NCBI GenBank assembly: GCA_018830005.1
Contig: JAHJTE010000003.1
Coordinates: 135,674-199,673, forward strand
DNA: 64,000 nt
Source of the DNA: Candidatus Omnitrophota bacterium
GTDB lineage: Bacteria > Omnitrophota > Gorgyraeia > JAHJTE01
Reading direction: 5' to 3'
The notes beneath the pieces are model-generated. The model saw only the letters and a program-made list of their open reading frames with translations, did not search any database and was not told the DNA's origin. Below, in pieces: positions 18,837 through 27,931 of this stretch; within the stretch, counting starts at the first letter, position 1, and the number at the start of each line of letters is the position of its first letter. The translations under genes were made by a program, and so were the position numbers.

Positions 18837-19322
18837 ATGCAGAACGGATACGCATACCCAATCATCAGCCCCGAATACTTTAGCAAAAGCCATGACCGAT
18901 ACCTCACTATCACAAGCCAAAAATACGCGCCCCCACCGCCAATCCCCGCCGCACCTTCAAGCTCATCAGGCATTGAAGACATCCTCGAACAAGACTCACA
19001 AGCCCTCCTCGACCAAGTTGTAACCACAGCGTTCTCAATTGTTTACCGCCTCAGAATTTACAATGATATAAACACCAAGCTGGATTACAGCTGGGCAAAG
19101 ACCAAGAGCCAGCTCTTTCAGCTCTATGACTGGATTCCCGGCACTAACATGAACGTAGAAAGGCGTAGAAGTATGCTGCAAAAAGAGCTTAACGGCATAG
19201 ACAAACAAAAACTCGAAGAAAAAATAAACTGCTGGAAAGACCTCACACAACCAACCAACTACTTTGTCAACCTGTTCCACAAACACAAAGAACTAAAGCA
19301 AGATAAAAAGATGATGGAATAG
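18837..19322 (+). CDS. hypothetical protein
   Basis: 161 aa ORF. Confidence 0.35.
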   Translation: MQNGYAYPIISPEYFSKSHDRYLTITSQKYAPPPPIPAAPSSSSGIEDILEQDSQALLDQVVTTAFSIVYRLRIYNDINTKLDYSWAKTKSQLFQLYDWIPGTNMNVERRRSMLQKELNGIDKQKLEEKINCWKDLTQPTNYFVNLFHKHKELKQDKKMME

Positions 19323-19376
19323 ATTTCTATATGCAGTTTTTCATATATATGTGATTAGCTAAAATTTCGGGCATCA

Positions 19377-19712
19377 CTACAGGACTAATATCCCTGCCCT
19401 GATCAGAAACGACCCAAATAGGATTGCAGCAATCCAGAATAAGACCTTGCTTACCTCAGGATACCCAGTGAAATACAATTCATGCCAAGTAATCCTCTCA
19501 GTGCCTTTTTCAGTAATGTTTTCTTTTGTATGCGTTTGTGCGTTAAAAGACATTCCAAAAAACATACAAAAGGCACTGGCTCCAAATAAGAAAATCAGAA
19601 AATTGTCTATTTGGGTCGCAAACAAGGAGAAAACGATGATAACTAATGAGCACATTATTCCAAGCCGGTCAGGGCTTAATATACTCTTGAGTTCTCTAAT
19701 AATCCCTTCCAT
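19377..19712 (-). CDS. small membrane protein
   Basis: Hydrophobic segments. Confidence 0.3.
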   Translation of the reverse strand: MEGIIRELKSILSPDRLGIMCSLVIIVFSLFATQIDNFLIFLFGASAFCMFFGMSFNAQTHTKENITEKGTERITWHELYFTGYPEVSKVLFWIAAILFGSFLIRAGILVL

Positions 19713-19778
19713 ACGACAGGGAGAGAGAATACAACTATTTAAATATTGGGCTGTCAGAAAACTCTTCCAGTGCTCGCC

Positions 19779-20069
19779 TCAAAATCTGCCCTTAACCAAT
19801 TTCTTAACCAGCACTGTAATCAGAACGGTAAAAATTCCAGAAACCTCGCTTGCAATAATACCCTTTATTATTGGGTCCAATGCATTAGCTAACCGTTCTG
19901 GGATTGATGGAAAATCAAACAATAAGCTAGCCATATAAACAACAAAAGGAACCAAAACTGCGAATTTAGCAATAAATACCAAATCCTTATTTAGATTCTT
20001 TGCTTGAACACCGCCAATGCCTGCCACAATAAAAATATCCAGTATAATTAATATTGAGTCTATTTCCAT
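19779..20069 (-). CDS. small membrane protein
   Basis: Two TM helices. Confidence 0.3.
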   Translation of the reverse strand: MEIDSILIILDIFIVAGIGGVQAKNLNKDLVFIAKFAVLVPFVVYMASLLFDFPSIPERLANALDPIIKGIIASEVSGIFTVLITVLVKKLVKGRF

Positions 20070-20149
20070 ATGTCTGTAGATGTCAGCTCCCTATTTAATA
20101 ATTATGTTTATGGGCAGATTTTGAACTCTTGCGCTCCTCCTTCTTCAGT

Positions 20150-20165
20150 ATCTTTTCAGTGTAAA
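20150..20165 (+). promoter_or_regulatory. TTTTCAGTGYAAA motif copy 2 (34 nt upstream of ATG 20199)
   Basis: tcttttcagtgtaaac. Confidence 0.4.
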
Positions 20166-20198
20166 CCATTTATACCCTTCTGCTACTACTTTGATTTA

Positions 20199-21623
20199 AT
20201 GACAGATACAACTCTCACAGACGAGCTTCTTCTCAAGCTTGAGCCGGAATGGGGCAGCAAAAAAATAGAAAGCCTCAAGCTAATATACGCGCTTGGTGAC
20301 GAAGACCGAAAAACCAGAATAGAAAAAATCCTGAACATTTCATCCAGAAAACTCCTGAATGACAACCTCCTCAACACCAACGTTCTGCTGCCGCCGGTAA
20401 CAAAAGAAGAATGCGAAGGAAAAAAAGAAGTCTTTGCCGGAACAGTCTGCTACGGCAAAAATGGCGAGGACAAGCATAGGGAGCTATATCCCTTGTATCT
20501 CAATTTCGAAGACGTAAAAAACCACACACTCATAACAGGCCTCTCAGGCACAGGAAAAACCACGCTCGGCTACAACCTCCTAATAGAACTCTCACAAAAA
20601 GGCAAACGCTGCATCGTATTTGATTGGGACAGAACATGGCGAAACCTACTCTCACTCGACAAAAAAGAGTATCCATTCACTGAGAAAATAAAGGTCTACA
20701 CGATAGGGCGAAGCGACATTATGCCGTTTAGCTGGAACATGTTCTTCAACCCGCCACCAAACGTGAAATTCTCAAACTGGCTCGGCATATCATCCAGCAA
20801 ACCACTCCAAAAAAGCCTGTATTCCGGGCAAGGTGTAAGCGACTATCTCGAAAACGAAGCAGAACAGCTCATGGACGCATACCAAAACGGCGTACTCAAA
20901 ATGCTCCCAAACATCGAAGATATGAAAATCCGCATACAGGCAAAATACGCCCAAGCACGACAGCTCCTCTGGAAACAAAGCACAGAAAGAATCCTAAAAG
21001 AACTCACACGAGAAAGCATGAAAGAAGTATTCGGCTCACGACAGCCCATAGACATATCAAAAGAAATCCTTGAAAGAGACGGCATAACAATCATAGAAAT
21101 GGACATAGAAACACCCGAACACCTAAGAGTCCTGTTCCAGGAACTGGTCCTCAACTACTTCATGCTTTACTACCTGCACAAAGGCGAAGCAGAAAAAGAA
21201 GAACTCCGCACAGTAGTATTTCTCGAAGAATTCCCAAACATGCTACCCAAATCTAAAATTGAAACGCAAACCGGAGGAGAAATCATCAAAATGCTCTTCA
21301 AAGAAGCCAGAAAATTCGGGCTGGGAATCGTAGCCATAGCACAAGAAAGCTCAGAACTCCCAAACTATGTTACAGCAAACTGCAAAATCCAGGCACACTT
21401 CGCCTGCCAAACCAAGCGAGACATAGAAGCCACAGCGGGAAGTCTTTTTCTAAAGAAACATGAGATTCCTTATATGGATCTCATCTGGCAGGGTGAAGCA
21501 ATAATGAAAGTCAAAGGCAGAGTCAAAAACTGCCTCGTAAAAATCCCACTCGCTCCAATTAAAGAAAAAATCACTGACGAACAGCTCAAAGAGATGAAAG
21601 AAAAATGGCAGCCCCAAAGCTAA
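20199..21623 (+). CDS. FtsK/HerA-superfamily P-loop ATPase (conjugative DNA-translocase-like), paralog 1
   Basis: Walker A LITGLSGTGKTTL, and a Walker B region (VVFLEEF). Start moved to MTDTTL because the upstream 43 codons look noncoding. Homologous to 50166-52289. Confidence 0.55.
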   Translation: MTDTTLTDELLLKLEPEWGSKKIESLKLIYALGDEDRKTRIEKILNISSRKLLNDNLLNTNVLLPPVTKEECEGKKEVFAGTVCYGKNGEDKHRELYPLYLNFEDVKNHTLITGLSGTGKTTLGYNLLIELSQKGKRCIVFDWDRTWRNLLSLDKKEYPFTEKIKVYTIGRSDIMPFSWNMFFNPPPNVKFSNWLGISSSKPLQKSLYSGQGVSDYLENEAEQLMDAYQNGVLKMLPNIEDMKIRIQAKYAQARQLLWKQSTERILKELTRESMKEVFGSRQPIDISKEILERDGITIIEMDIETPEHLRVLFQELVLNYFMLYYLHKGEAEKEELRTVVFLEEFPNMLPKSKIETQTGGEIIKMLFKEARKFGLGIVAIAQESSELPNYVTANCKIQAHFACQTKRDIEATAGSLFLKKHEIPYMDLIWQGEAIMKVKGRVKNCLVKIPLAPIKEKITDEQLKEMKEKWQPQS

Positions 21624-21970
21624 AGATAGTGTTCTACGAAAACGAAAATGTGCAGAGCTACTTCTACCTTGAGAAAACCGAATCGCTCCGAGTAATTAAA
21701 ATCCTAAAAATCCTTCCCCAGCTTACAGAATGGACACCCGTATCTACAATATCGAAAAAGATAAGCGCCAAATTGCCTGCAACCTTATGGACAATACAGA
21801 AGCTCGCAGGAGCACAACGCATAGAAATCAACACAGGCAAAGAAACCCAAACCATAGCAGAACGCCCCATAATCCTCGTCCAGAAAAAACAATACAACAC
21901 CCTCAACAACATCCTCAAAACAAAATACCTAAGAGCAACGGTATACGTCAAAGCACATATTCGAAAATAA
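21605..21970 (+). CDS. hypothetical protein
   Basis: ORF overlapping the previous gene end. Confidence 0.3.
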   Translation: MAAPKLKIVFYENENVQSYFYLEKTESLRVIKILKILPQLTEWTPVSTISKKISAKLPATLWTIQKLAGAQRIEINTGKETQTIAERPIILVQKKQYNTLNNILKTKYLRATVYVKAHIRK

Positions 21971-22184
21971 GGGGCACACATAAATACTTTAGTATTTATA
22001 TATCGAAAATGTGAAGCTCTCATCCTGATTGTTGCTTTTTTTTGTTAGCCTGCGGTTCTCCTGCCAGGGAGAAAAAACGCCTTTGAGGCGTAGCCGAGAA
22101 GTGGTTTTAGCATGGCAAGCCTTTGCGAGCAAGGCGAGCAATGGTAACAAAAAAACGATCCTTGCCACCCCATCCCTGCCAGTG

Positions 22185-22200
22185 CCTTTTCAGTGCAAGC
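22185..22200 (+). promoter_or_regulatory. TTTTCAGTGYAAA motif copy 3
   Basis: ccttttcagtgcaagc. Followed by about 200 nt of leader with CCTGCCAG copies and hairpin/U-runs. Confidence 0.35.
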
Positions 22201-22411
22201 ATTAAATACCTGCCAGATATTACCTGCCAGTAATTAACCAAATTCATACACGCTGACGAAAAGCACAAATTCTGAGAAGCCAAGCGAAAAGGCATCTCAC
22301 AGCGAACAGAAATCTTGAAGAGGGAGCACGCTCCTGTTTTTACGCGAAGGTTTTAACAGGAGAACCCCTAAAAAAATGCTCCCTCCTCTTTTTTGAAAGG
22401 AGGTGATTGTT

Positions 22412-22519
22412 ATGCAGTTTTGTCCTGATTGCGGAGGCCAGCTGATTCACGAGGAAGGCTGCGTGCTGTGCCCGTGCTGCGGCTGGAACGCATGCCAATG
22501 TGCACTGTGCATTGGCTAA
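22412..22519 (+). CDS. 35-aa zinc-ribbon peptide (CPDC...CPCC...C..C)
   Basis: MQFCPDCGGQLIHEEGCVLCPCCGWNACQCALCIG. Strong SD aaaggaggtg. Not in the ORF track (<60 aa). Confidence 0.4.
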   Translation: MQFCPDCGGQLIHEEGCVLCPCCGWNACQCALCIG

Positions 22520-22534
22520 CAAGAAAGGAGGTAT

Positions 22535-22783
22535 ATGTTGAGAAGTATTACGCATGAAGAAGCAAAGAAATTCAGGGACCTGATAAGTGGCCAGTTTAGC
22601 AATTTTGTTTTGCTCGCAACAGAGCTGGACGGAATTGAAACCTGCGTTATCGCTTCCCTGGACGGCACCCAAGGAGACTACGTTACAACGCCCCTGGCTG
22701 TGCTAGTCAACAAGCCAATCTTCAGGAAACTCAAAAACCCGGGAGCCACGCTAACCCACAACCAAAACCTGATACTCGAATAA
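22535..22783 (+). CDS. hypothetical protein
   Basis: SD aaggagg upstream. Confidence 0.35.
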   Translation: MLRSITHEEAKKFRDLISGQFSNFVLLATELDGIETCVIASLDGTQGDYVTTPLAVLVNKPIFRKLKNPGATLTHNQNLILE

Positions 22784-22801
22784 AAAAAGGAGAAAAAAGC
22801 C

Positions 22802-23146
22802 ATGTGGAACAAACCAACAAGCAAAGACCTCGAGCAAATCCCCGCCTTTTACTCAACGGAAAGCACACCGCTAAAAGACAAAATCATACACGCCCACTTC
22901 TTCATAGGCGGATGCGACTGGTACGCAACAGAATACGATCCAAAGGATGAACTCTTCTTCGGGTTTGCCATACTCAACAACGACCTCGAAATGGCAGAGT
23001 GGGGATACTTCAGCCTCAAAGAGTTAAGCGATTTGAAAGTGTCTTTTCTTGAAGTTGACAGAGACCTCCACTGGAACCCAACAAAAGCACAGAACATAGA
23101 AAAGATTGCGGAAGCACAGGGATGGCAAACAGTAAGCACCACATAA
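22802..23146 (+). CDS. DUF2958-like protein, paralog 2
   Basis: MWNKP...IHAHFFIGGCDWYATEYD...FGFAILNNDLEMAEWGY. Confidence 0.45.
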   Translation: MWNKPTSKDLEQIPAFYSTESTPLKDKIIHAHFFIGGCDWYATEYDPKDELFFGFAILNNDLEMAEWGYFSLKELSDLKVSFLEVDRDLHWNPTKAQNIEKIAEAQGWQTVSTT

Positions 23147-23156
23147 GGAGGGCTGC

Positions 23157-23381
23157 ATGAGAAGTCTAATCGAAAAAAATCTGGAACGCACATCAATCCA
23201 GACAAGCCTGCCAGCAATGCTCAAAACACTCAGGTACTTCTGCCTGAGCATGACATCAATCCTGCTATCCCTCATCTTCCCAATAGCAGAACTTCAATTC
23301 CTTGTGCTTGCCATAATCACAGGAGCCAAGTGGATAACAGACAGCAAACACAATGGAATAATCATTATCGAAAGGGGGTGA
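23157..23381 (+). CDS. small membrane protein
   Basis: 2 TM. Confidence 0.3.
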   Translation: MRSLIEKNLERTSIQTSLPAMLKTLRYFCLSMTSILLSLIFPIAELQFLVLAIITGAKWITDSKHNGIIIIERG

Positions 23382-23386
23382 AAAAA

Positions 23387-23635
23387 ATGATACAGGTTGC
23401 AAGGTTATGCAGGTTCGATAGCGACTCATCATTAAAGGCATTCGTTGACGTGTCTATCAACGGACAGGTGCTTGTGAAAGGCATACGAGTTGTTATGGGA
23501 AAAAAGGGCTTGTTTACTTCAATGCCAAGAGAAAAGTCCAAAGACGGCAAATGGTACGAAACCGTCATGCTCCTGAACGAAGAAATAAAACAGGAATTGC
23601 AAGAAGCAGTTCTTGAAGCTTTTAATACTGAGTAA
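23387..23635 (+). CDS. spoVG: SpoVG-family protein
   Basis: VDVSINGQVLVKGIRVVMGKKGLFTSMPREKSKDGKWYETV...LQEAVLEAF matches the SpoVG pattern. SD aagggggtg. Confidence 0.65.
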   Translation: MIQVARLCRFDSDSSLKAFVDVSINGQVLVKGIRVVMGKKGLFTSMPREKSKDGKWYETVMLLNEEIKQELQEAVLEAFNTE

Positions 23636-23888
23636 CAGGATAAAAGTTGCTGGCTTGCTCAAAACCAGCCCCTATGAAGGTGAAAAACCTATCTAACTTA
23701 TTTCGCAAAAGGAATAAGGACAACAGCGGGGAAAAGCCAAAACCAACACTACCACCACTACCACCACCGAAAAAGCTCCTGGGCACGAGCCATAAACTGC
23801 CCGCTTCCTTTGACTGAAAAAGAAAGGGGGCAAGAAAAGCGAAAGCTTTAAATAATCTAAAGTAATACTATGTTGCATGGTGTTATAA

Positions 23889-24074
23889 ATGGTAAAGATT
23901 TTAGTTGAATTATCCGCCGAGGAAGATAAAATCGTCGAAGTGTACAAAATAGTGAACAAGCTGAAGACAAAACAAGACGCAATTAAGGACATGGTAAGAT
24001 ACTTTGAAGTCAACATAACACCAAAAAAGCTTAATAAGAACGAAGAATACTATAAAAAAGCCCTAAAATTTTGA
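23889..24074 (+). CDS. small hypothetical protein
   Basis: 61 aa. Confidence 0.3.
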   Translation: MVKILVELSAEEDKIVEVYKIVNKLKTKQDAIKDMVRYFEVNITPKKLNKNEEYYKKALKF

Positions 24075-24084
24075 GGTGGAACAA

Positions 24085-24612
24085 ATGATTAGCACTACTT
24101 GGACAATAGTCAGCGTTGTTGCAATAATTGTCTTAGGCTATATTTGGCATACATACAACAAACTTGTGAACCTACGAATACTCGTAGAAAGACAAGCAAG
24201 CCACTTAGAAGCACATTTAAAAAAGAAATTCGACCTAATACCTGCGCTAACAGAAGTAGTGAAAGGCTACTCTAACCACGAAAAAGGAATACTGACCGAA
24301 GTAACAAAGCTCAGATCACAATGGGGTACAGCAAGCAATACTACTGACAAGATGAAAACAGCAAATATGCTAGAATCAGCATTATCCAAATTACTCATTG
24401 TTCACGAAAGATATCCGAACATAAAAGCAGACAGAAGCTTCAACAACATCCAAAAGAACATCCACTACGTCGAAAGAGAATTACTCCACGAAAGAAAAGT
24501 ATTCAACAAAAGAGTTAGCTACTTCAAACAAAAGGTAGAACAGTTTCCCTCAAATATCATAGCAAAGATGTTCAGGTTTAAAGAAAAAGAATTTTTTTCA
24601 ATGGAAGAATGA
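24085..24612 (+). CDS. LemA-family membrane protein
   Basis: N-terminal TM, then YNKLVNLRILVERQASHLEAHLKKKFDLIPALTEVVKGYSNHE, typical of LemA. SD gaggtgg. Confidence 0.65.
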   Translation: MISTTWTIVSVVAIIVLGYIWHTYNKLVNLRILVERQASHLEAHLKKKFDLIPALTEVVKGYSNHEKGILTEVTKLRSQWGTASNTTDKMKTANMLESALSKLLIVHERYPNIKADRSFNNIQKNIHYVERELLHERKVFNKRVSYFKQKVEQFPSNIIAKMFRFKEKEFFSMEE

Positions 24613-24806
24613 AAATGAATGGCAAAAAAATTAAGAAAGCAGTATCCCTATCTCTAGGGCTATTAGTCGCGTTCTTTGCGCATAAATGGTTTGAGCAAGC
24701 TTATACTCAGCCTACTGATTGGGGAAAATGGGTAATGATAGCAGTCACGTTGATTATTTTGATGGTAATTGTCTATTTTAATGTTGACAAGGACGGTAAT
24801 TTTTAA
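24609..24806 (+). CDS. small membrane protein (LemA partner)
   Basis: 65 aa, 2 TM. Overlaps the LemA stop. Confidence 0.3.
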   Translation: MKMNGKKIKKAVSLSLGLLVAFFAHKWFEQAYTQPTDWGKWVMIAVTLIILMVIVYFNVDKDGNF

Positions 24807-24836
24807 TTACGGCAAGGTTTTCTTGCCCCTCTTTTT

Positions 24837-25130
24837 TTAGTAATGGCAGAACTGTCTTATTGTATTAAGAACATTGGAAGGTGCTTTTTCTTTCAAAACT
24901 TTGAAAGCTTCGTAAAAAGCATTGATTTGATCAGTGGATAAAGCGGCAAAGAAATCAATATTATCACAGTAAGGATTAAACCCAACTTCAAGATTCTCAT
25001 AAAACCCAAAATAAGAGCTCATCTTTCCCCCGCAAACATTTTTCAATGCCTCAAAGTTTTCAGAAGAAAGATTCGTCCAAAGAAACCGGACAAAATTAGC
25101 CTCGAGTAATGATCTCTTCAAATTATCCAT
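24837..25130 (-). CDS. hypothetical protein
   Basis: ORF. Confidence 0.3.
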   Translation of the reverse strand: MDNLKRSLLEANFVRFLWTNLSSENFEALKNVCGGKMSSYFGFYENLEVGFNPYCDNIDFFAALSTDQINAFYEAFKVLKEKAPSNVLNTIRQFCHY

Positions 25131-25156
25131 ATTTTATGTGGGCGATTATACGTTTT

Positions 25157-25735
25157 TTATTCTAATCTTAAAAAAGCTGACGTCGTACCATCTTTATTGA
25201 TATCCCAATACTTAGGCTGATGTAGAACCATCGCACCCTTATTGTTATCGTGGCCAAAAATTTCTTTTTCAATGGTTGAGAGACATTTTAAATTTTGTTG
25301 TGCCAACTTTCGGAATGGGATTTCTGCAATTTTTGGATTCATATGATGTATATCAGCCCGAAAACTTTCCCAAATTTTCGTTGAAGCATCAGCACAATCT
25401 TGCGAAATAATGTTTTTTATATTAAATTCATCAATTAATTCTTTGATGGTTTTTGTGATTCCATCTTCTTTGTGTCTTTCAATATTATTTCTTTCAGCGA
25501 TGAATTTAATTATGCCTTCATTAATGGCATGACTCATCATGACTGCTCCAATAAAATAACCGTCTCGATAGAGATAAATGCATTCAGAGGAAACTTTGGC
25601 AAAATAATGCCCTCCAACAATCCCCTGGTGTTCAATTTCTAAATATCTTGTTATTTTTTCTTCAATTGAGCCTTTGCATTGAGATTCAATGCTTTCTTTT
25701 AATTGAATTCTTCTTAGTTTTTCGACATTATCCAT
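25157..25735 (-). CDS. hypothetical protein
   Basis: 192 aa ORF. Confidence 0.3.
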   Translation of the reverse strand: MDNVEKLRRIQLKESIESQCKGSIEEKITRYLEIEHQGIVGGHYFAKVSSECIYLYRDGYFIGAVMMSHAINEGIIKFIAERNNIERHKEDGITKTIKELIDEFNIKNIISQDCADASTKIWESFRADIHHMNPKIAEIPFRKLAQQNLKCLSTIEKEIFGHDNNKGAMVLHQPKYWDINKDGTTSAFLRLE

Positions 25736-25908
25736 TTTATTCTTTCATATTTCATAAGATTTTGGTATCTTTTCAATGATTCCCTACATTTTAATAGTTT
25801 ACACCTACCAACACACCAAAACAACACTATTCTTTTCATTGCAAAACAAGTGCAAATAATAAATACTTTTCTGCAACTACTTCAGAATAGATTCAACGAA
25901 AGGGGGTA

Positions 25909-26112
25909 GTGATGGCTTATACGCCAGAACTAAGTTTTGAAAAAAGCTGCGTGCTGCGAAGAATTGCATGGTCATTGCACAAGCCGATGACTTATGCAAT
26001 TGAATGGGCCTTTGACGAACTCGTCAAAAACCTTGACGCGCAGGCAATCTGTAAAGCCTGCAAAGACCCAACCCAATGCGGCACCTGTCCATTCAAAGCG
26101 GGGAGGCTCTAA
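25909..26112 (+). CDS. small Cys-containing hypothetical protein
   Basis: 67 aa, CKACK...CGTC. Confidence 0.3.
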   Translation: MMAYTPELSFEKSCVLRRIAWSLHKPMTYAIEWAFDELVKNLDAQAICKACKDPTQCGTCPFKAGRL

Positions 26113-26153
26113 GCCTCCCACCACTTTTCAACCAACAAGGGGGTATTAAAAAA

Positions 26154-26354
26154 ATGGCAAAGAAAGAAGAAACCAAACAGGCAGAAAAGAAATTTGAGGG
26201 AAAACAGCCAGCTAAACAGTTCGAGGAAAAACAGCCAATACTCGAAAGAAAGATAAGCCTAAGTAACGACGGCAATTGGCTCATCATCAAGACAATCAGG
26301 ACAGACATTGTTCACGTCAACTACATGAACAAAATCCTCAACAAAGGTGAATAG
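26154..26354 (+). CDS. small Lys/Glu-rich hypothetical protein
   Basis: Start at MAKKEE with SD aaggggg. Confidence 0.3.
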   Translation: MAKKEETKQAEKKFEGKQPAKQFEEKQPILERKISLSNDGNWLIIKTIRTDIVHVNYMNKILNKGE

Positions 26355-26356
26355 CA

Positions 26357-26545
26357 ATGGACGACCTCGAAGAGCGCTGCAAAAAAGCAGTGCTCAACAT
26401 AGCCAGCCACGTCAGCGACATTAAACACAACGTCAAAGACATGAACCACAAACTCAGCCACTTCCTGAGAAATTATCGTGAGGACTACTACGAAGCACTC
26501 GACGGCATAAAATACCAAAAACAACTGAAAGAATACCAAAGATAA
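26357..26545 (+). CDS. small hypothetical protein
   Basis: 62 aa. Confidence 0.25.
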   Translation: MDDLEERCKKAVLNIASHVSDIKHNVKDMNHKLSHFLRNYREDYYEALDGIKYQKQLKEYQR

Positions 26546-26599
26546 ATTCCTGACAAAAAGTTTATATAGGCGAATCACGTTAAAATATCTGATAGCCAG

Positions 26600-27226
26600 T
26601 TGAAAATTGAAAAAAAATACATGGTCTTAAGTTGTGTTTTCCTTATTCCAGTTTTACTTATCATATTATTTTTGTTAACTGGCTGTGCAAGAAGCGTGCA
26701 ACAAACCGAGGCAAGCCAACCCGAAAGAAACTGCGACCAATATCCAAATAATGGAGACTGCGTTTGTCCTGAAGGACTTACTAAAAGAGCGTCAAGCATA
26801 GGTCTTTATTGCGAAAATATCACCTGCTTTGGTTACTTGACGCATGATGGACAGTGTGTTGATGAATGTCCTGAAGGTTATGAGCCAATTATGAGCACAG
26901 CTCCAGGCCCACCTCCGGATTGCGTTATTGAAGGCTATTTCTCTTCTGAAAGAAGAAAGCAAGAAACTGAATGTGAAAAGGATAATGACTGTGTTTGGGA
27001 TGAGTACGAGATTAACTCTTGTTGCACCTGTATTCCCCAAATTGTTAATGTCAAAACGCGTGAAAGGAATATGCAGTGGCGAGAGAAAAACTGTGTTGGA
27101 CCAGCGAATTATTCCGAGTGGAAATGGCGTCTCTGCCCCGACAGCCCTTACATAGAGCACAGGTGCAATTGGACAATTGAAACAGAACCGCTTATTTGTT
27201 GGGAAGGAAAAAAATGCACAGTATAG
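26600..27226 (+). CDS. Cys-rich secreted lipoprotein
   Basis: Lipobox LLTGC. More than 20 Cys in the mature part. Confidence 0.4.
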   Translation: MKIEKKYMVLSCVFLIPVLLIILFLLTGCARSVQQTEASQPERNCDQYPNNGDCVCPEGLTKRASSIGLYCENITCFGYLTHDGQCVDECPEGYEPIMSTAPGPPPDCVIEGYFSSERRKQETECEKDNDCVWDEYEINSCCTCIPQIVNVKTRERNMQWREKNCVGPANYSEWKWRLCPDSPYIEHRCNWTIETEPLICWEGKKCTV

Positions 27227-27270
27227 GAACAACAATCAACAACACCAAAACATAACCGTTTTTCTTAGTA

Positions 27271-27286
27271 CCTTTTCAGTGTAAAC
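27271..27286 (+). promoter_or_regulatory. TTTTCAGTGYAAA motif copy 4
   Basis: ccttttcagtgtaaac, about 30 nt upstream of the 27318 start. Confidence 0.4.
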
Positions 27287-27317
27287 TTCTTAAACAGCTA
27301 ACCCCATAACTGATTCT

Positions 27318-27755
27318 GTGGCATCTGCGCAACACCTCATCAAGAAAATGTTTGAAATCCTCGAAGCACAGAAAAGAGACATAAACCAGCTCTACCTCGT
27401 CACACAGCACGCCGTAACAGACATATACAGGGCAAACTCTTACGCAGCCCAGCTGGAAGGCATCCTGCAAAAAATAAGCAGCCTCCTGGCCATCTATGAA
27501 AGCCTCAAAAATAGCGCAGCGGACATGACAGACAAAGAAGCAAAAAAGTACGCGCAGCTCCTCAACAACATAGCCACAGAAACCAAATTCCTCAAAGCAA
27601 CAAGCGAAGCAATGGACGACACCATAAAAAAGGTTAAAGATTCAGGGGACATAGAGCACAGAATCAGTGGAAACATAGTGCACTTAAAGAAGCAAGTAAA
27701 TAAGACGCTTAAGAAAATGGAGCAAATCATATCAACAAATCAAACTATATTCTAA
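27318..27755 (+). CDS. coiled-coil hypothetical protein
   Basis: GTG start, no SD. Confidence 0.3.
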   Translation: MASAQHLIKKMFEILEAQKRDINQLYLVTQHAVTDIYRANSYAAQLEGILQKISSLLAIYESLKNSAADMTDKEAKKYAQLLNNIATETKFLKATSEAMDDTIKKVKDSGDIEHRISGNIVHLKKQVNKTLKKMEQIISTNQTIF

Positions 27756-27931
27756 ACAAACCAAAGATATTTATACTTAAACAACTCTTGTTTTCACACG
27801 CAAACAACTTTTTTCAATAGCACATTGAACCTTCTCAACTATGGGCTCAGAGCTCAGCCGGAGACTGGTTTAGTGTTCTATTGGTTGTTAAACAATATTT
27901 TTATATTGTGCGTTACTGTGAGGTGATGAAT

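Noticed and set aside
18700-19030. Multiple overlapping small ORFs in both strands (18700-19023, 18705-18920, 18827-19027)
   Set aside because: Mutually exclusive. Only the 18837-19322 frame has a sensible start context.
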